Below, piece by piece: positions 61,151-64,000 of a stretch of DNA of 64,000 nt. A program made the translations under genes and the position numbers. The notes under the pieces are model-generated. The model did no database searches. It was not told the origin of the DNA and saw only the letters and a list, made by a program, of their open reading frames with translations. This stretch comes from Leucoraja ocellata (Eukaryota): the NCBI GenBank assembly GCA_036785375.1, contig JAWMAR010000025.1, positions 2,418,001 through 2,482,000 of the forward strand, read 5' to 3'. Within the stretch, counting starts at the first letter, position 1. Each line of letters starts with the position of its first letter.

Positions 61151-62626
61151 AAAGTGATTCAGTACAATGAAGATGAGATTATTTTCCTTGGATCAGAGAG
61201 ATCGTAAATTGGCAATGTCAATGTTCCAGGAGGTGAACAACAAAATTCCAGAATGTACTATCATTAAAAAGGAGACAAAGGGAGTCTTATTAACCTTAAC
61301 AATTGGATAAAGCCCAAGGACCTGATACATACAGCATGTGTCTATCTTCAGTTTAAACCAGCATATGCAGTTCCTTCTGCATGTGCTTCTGAGGTGTATC
61401 CAGGTCAGAGCCAAAGGAGGAGATTGCAGGGCGATAATGAATTTATATATCTTCATTTACCATACGTGAGGTGCCAGTATAGAAACATAGAAAATAGGTG
61501 CAGGAGTAGGCCATTCAGCCCTTCGAGCCTGCACTGCCATTCAATATGATCATGGCTTATTGGAAAAGATTCTGAATAGAGTTAATCTATGGAAGGCAAT
61601 GATTAATCAACAACCATCAGTGTGATTGTTAGGGGAAGATCTTAAACAATTTGATTTATTTTCCCCAAAGGTAACATCATGCTTTGAATAAGGCAATGGA
61701 GTTGATAATTTCCCTTAATGAAGGTACTGTAAATGAGGACATTTAGTCTCAAGTGATTGCATAGTTGTACCGAGTGACACTAAGAGATAAGTCACACTTT
61801 CATTCAATGATAATAAAGATATGAAGGGCCAATTGTCCTGCAGCTTGATTGGCTCTAGGATCTTTATATTGCCCATTTCTGTACTTTCAAACACTGTTTC
61901 AACTTGGGTGACTCCAATCAATAGCCATGATTGTTACCCTGTAAGTACAATATGAACTGGGCCCATCTGTTTCCACTGAAATCCTAACAATATATCTTCA
62001 TAACATGGAGCATCTCTCCTACATAAACTTAATACATTTTTATTCTTCCTAAATGGAAAGTACTTCAGAAATTCATGATAGTTTTTTGCCCTCTAATCAA
62101 AGTTCTTGCAGCAGTGTCTCTACGCATTGATTGAGATGGCTTCAGTTGATAAAACTAATAAAGCACTGTCGATAGCTCCCTCTGCAGGAATACACTGAAT
62201 TTAATTAAATAAACCCAATTCTAACGAAGAGTTCCAACCCAACAAAGTCACCAATTTATGTTCTACAGAGATGCCGCTTGACCCGTTTAGTTACTCCAGC
62301 ACATTGTGTCTTTTTTTGTACACGGGCAACTGCAGTTCATTGTGTCTCCCACCTCTCCACTCTGGTTCCAGCACATAGATAAATAACACCTCACCAGAAT
62401 TTTTCTGCAAATTATATTATATTTATTTTATATTTATTATATTTAATTCTTTACTTCGAACAGAATAAAAGAATAAAAAGCAAGTGTGAAACAGCATACA
62501 AAAAACAAAATATTTATAAAGTGTCATAAACAATATCTATAAATAAATGAAATCGTATGTGTCCGAAAAGGAGTAGTTATGTTTTCTTAACAATCCAAAT
62601 AATTTAAAGGGTGATAGAAGAGTTAA

Positions 62627-62939
62627 GGGCCTGTCCTACTATACGAGTTTATCCAAGAGCTCTCCCGAATTTAAAAAAAAAAAATCAAACTCGTAAGCAC
62701 GTAGAAAATACGTAGCGGGTACGTCGGAGCTCGGGACGTCCCTTAGTGGCTCATAACGCTAACGACAGGTACTCGGGAAACGCGGTAAACTCTTGAAGTT
62801 TTTTCAACATGTTGAAAAATGTCCACGAGAGCCCAGAGTACCTACGAGCAGCTATTACTGTACTTCTCCGAGTTTGAATCGGGGGGGGGGGAGAAACTCA
62901 GGAGAACTCTTGAATTACCTCGTACAGTGGGACAGGCCA
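62627..62939. mobile_element. MITE with ~21-bp imperfect TIRs, flanked by TTAA (Kolobok- or Harbinger-like)
   Basis: TTAA|GGGCCTGTCCTACTATACGAG ... CTCGTACAGTGGGACAGGCCA|TTAA. Confidence 0.8.
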
Positions 62940-63034
62940 TTAAGGAACCATCAAATAAGTGCAAGTTTTCTCCTGGTCTAACTAACCAAAATTATACATC
63001 TTGGTGATTGTCTCACCAACTACTTGCTAATCCC

Positions 63035-63630
63035 ATCTGATTCTTTCCTTCCTAATCCCATACTGCCCTTTCTGTCCTGGACCTCTTCATTGCCAGCATG
63101 AGGCCACATGCAAACTGGACCAACAACAACACATATTACCACTTGGGTAATTTATAAAGCAACGGTGTGAACATTGAATTCTCCAATTTTAAGTAATACC
63201 CCTCAAACTCTTCTTTGCTGCGCTCCTCTCTTCCTGGAATGCCCCCATTTCTCCTGCTATTTCTCACCCCCAACTCGCCCTGCTCCCTTCCCATCCTACA
63301 TACACTATCCTCCCATATCCAAGTCCCTCATTTTAACTTCCCCCCACCCCACTGTTCCATTCCACCTATGTCCCCTCTCTTTACATTTCACTCCTACTCT
63401 TTCCTTATCTGACATCTTTTTGGCTCCTCTTCACCTATAGCCTTTCACTTGCTCCATAAATCTGCCATTCACACCCCCCTCACTTGTATTCACCTATTCC
63501 CTGCCAGACTTTGTCCTTCCCCCACCTCCCCCCTACAACAATCAGTCTGAAGAATGGTCCCAACACAAAATGTCACCTATCCTTTCCTTCCAGCACTTTT
63601 TTTTGCTCGGGATTCAGCATCTGTGATTTC
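63035..63630 (+). mobile_element. Penelope-like element 3' remnant
   Basis: Degenerate GIY-YIG C-terminus (...GTGAACATTGAATTCTCCAATTTTAAGTAA), C/T-rich UTR, CAGTCTGAAGAA at 63543. Confidence 0.78.
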
Positions 63631-64000
63631 TTACAAGTTACATCAATTGCACTAACAGAATGACTGAAAGGTTATGGCTTCAAACTGATATTGATAAAAC
63701 TGGTGATTGATAAAAGATGGACACAAAGTGCTGGAGTAACTCAGCGAATTAGGCAGCATCTCTGGAGTAAAAGGATGGGCGATGTTTTGGTTCGGGACAT
63801 GTTGATTAATTAAAGCCATGCTATGCGTTTATATTTTAGAGCGTTGTTAAATTTTAAATTATTTGAAATCTAGGTAGTTTAGTGTGTTTAAAGTTTTGGC
63901 ACATGGGAGAAAACCAAGCCAATAATAGGGTGCATTAACCACAAAGCTCTTGTCCCTTATTGGTGCTGTGGCCCCTGGACCATATGTCGTGCACTAGCAG

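Noticed and set aside
61715-62215. Possible terminal exon of a minus-strand neighbouring gene
   Set aside because: Acceptor-like site but only short frames with no recognisable protein

Overview
Vertebrate genomic DNA. The repeat content suggests a cartilaginous fish, probably a skate or ray (inference). The + strand carries the 3' two-thirds of ARID1A (BAF250A, SWI/SNF-BAF subunit): 17 coding exons equivalent to human exons 4-20 (715..53063). All have GT-AG boundaries and consistent phases, and splice to 4860 nt (1619 aa + stop). They include the ARID domain (exons 11-12) and the C-terminal BAF250_C/ARM region (exons 19-20). The 3' UTR runs into a 151-N gap. Introns and the downstream region are filled with CR1, Rex1-like and L2 LINE remnants, tRNA-derived V/HE1-type SINEs, a decayed IR/DR Tc1 (DD34E) and a TTAA-flanked MITE. 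The most interesting non-genic signal is a family of about 20 short elements derived from a Penelope-like (GIY-YIG) retroelement terminus. They carry a minimal hammerhead-ribozyme core (CUGAAGA-stem II-GAAA-CG-UH) and often sit as asymmetric inverted pairs flanked by 14-17 bp direct repeats. Comparisons with human ARID1A are from memory and need checking by alignment.
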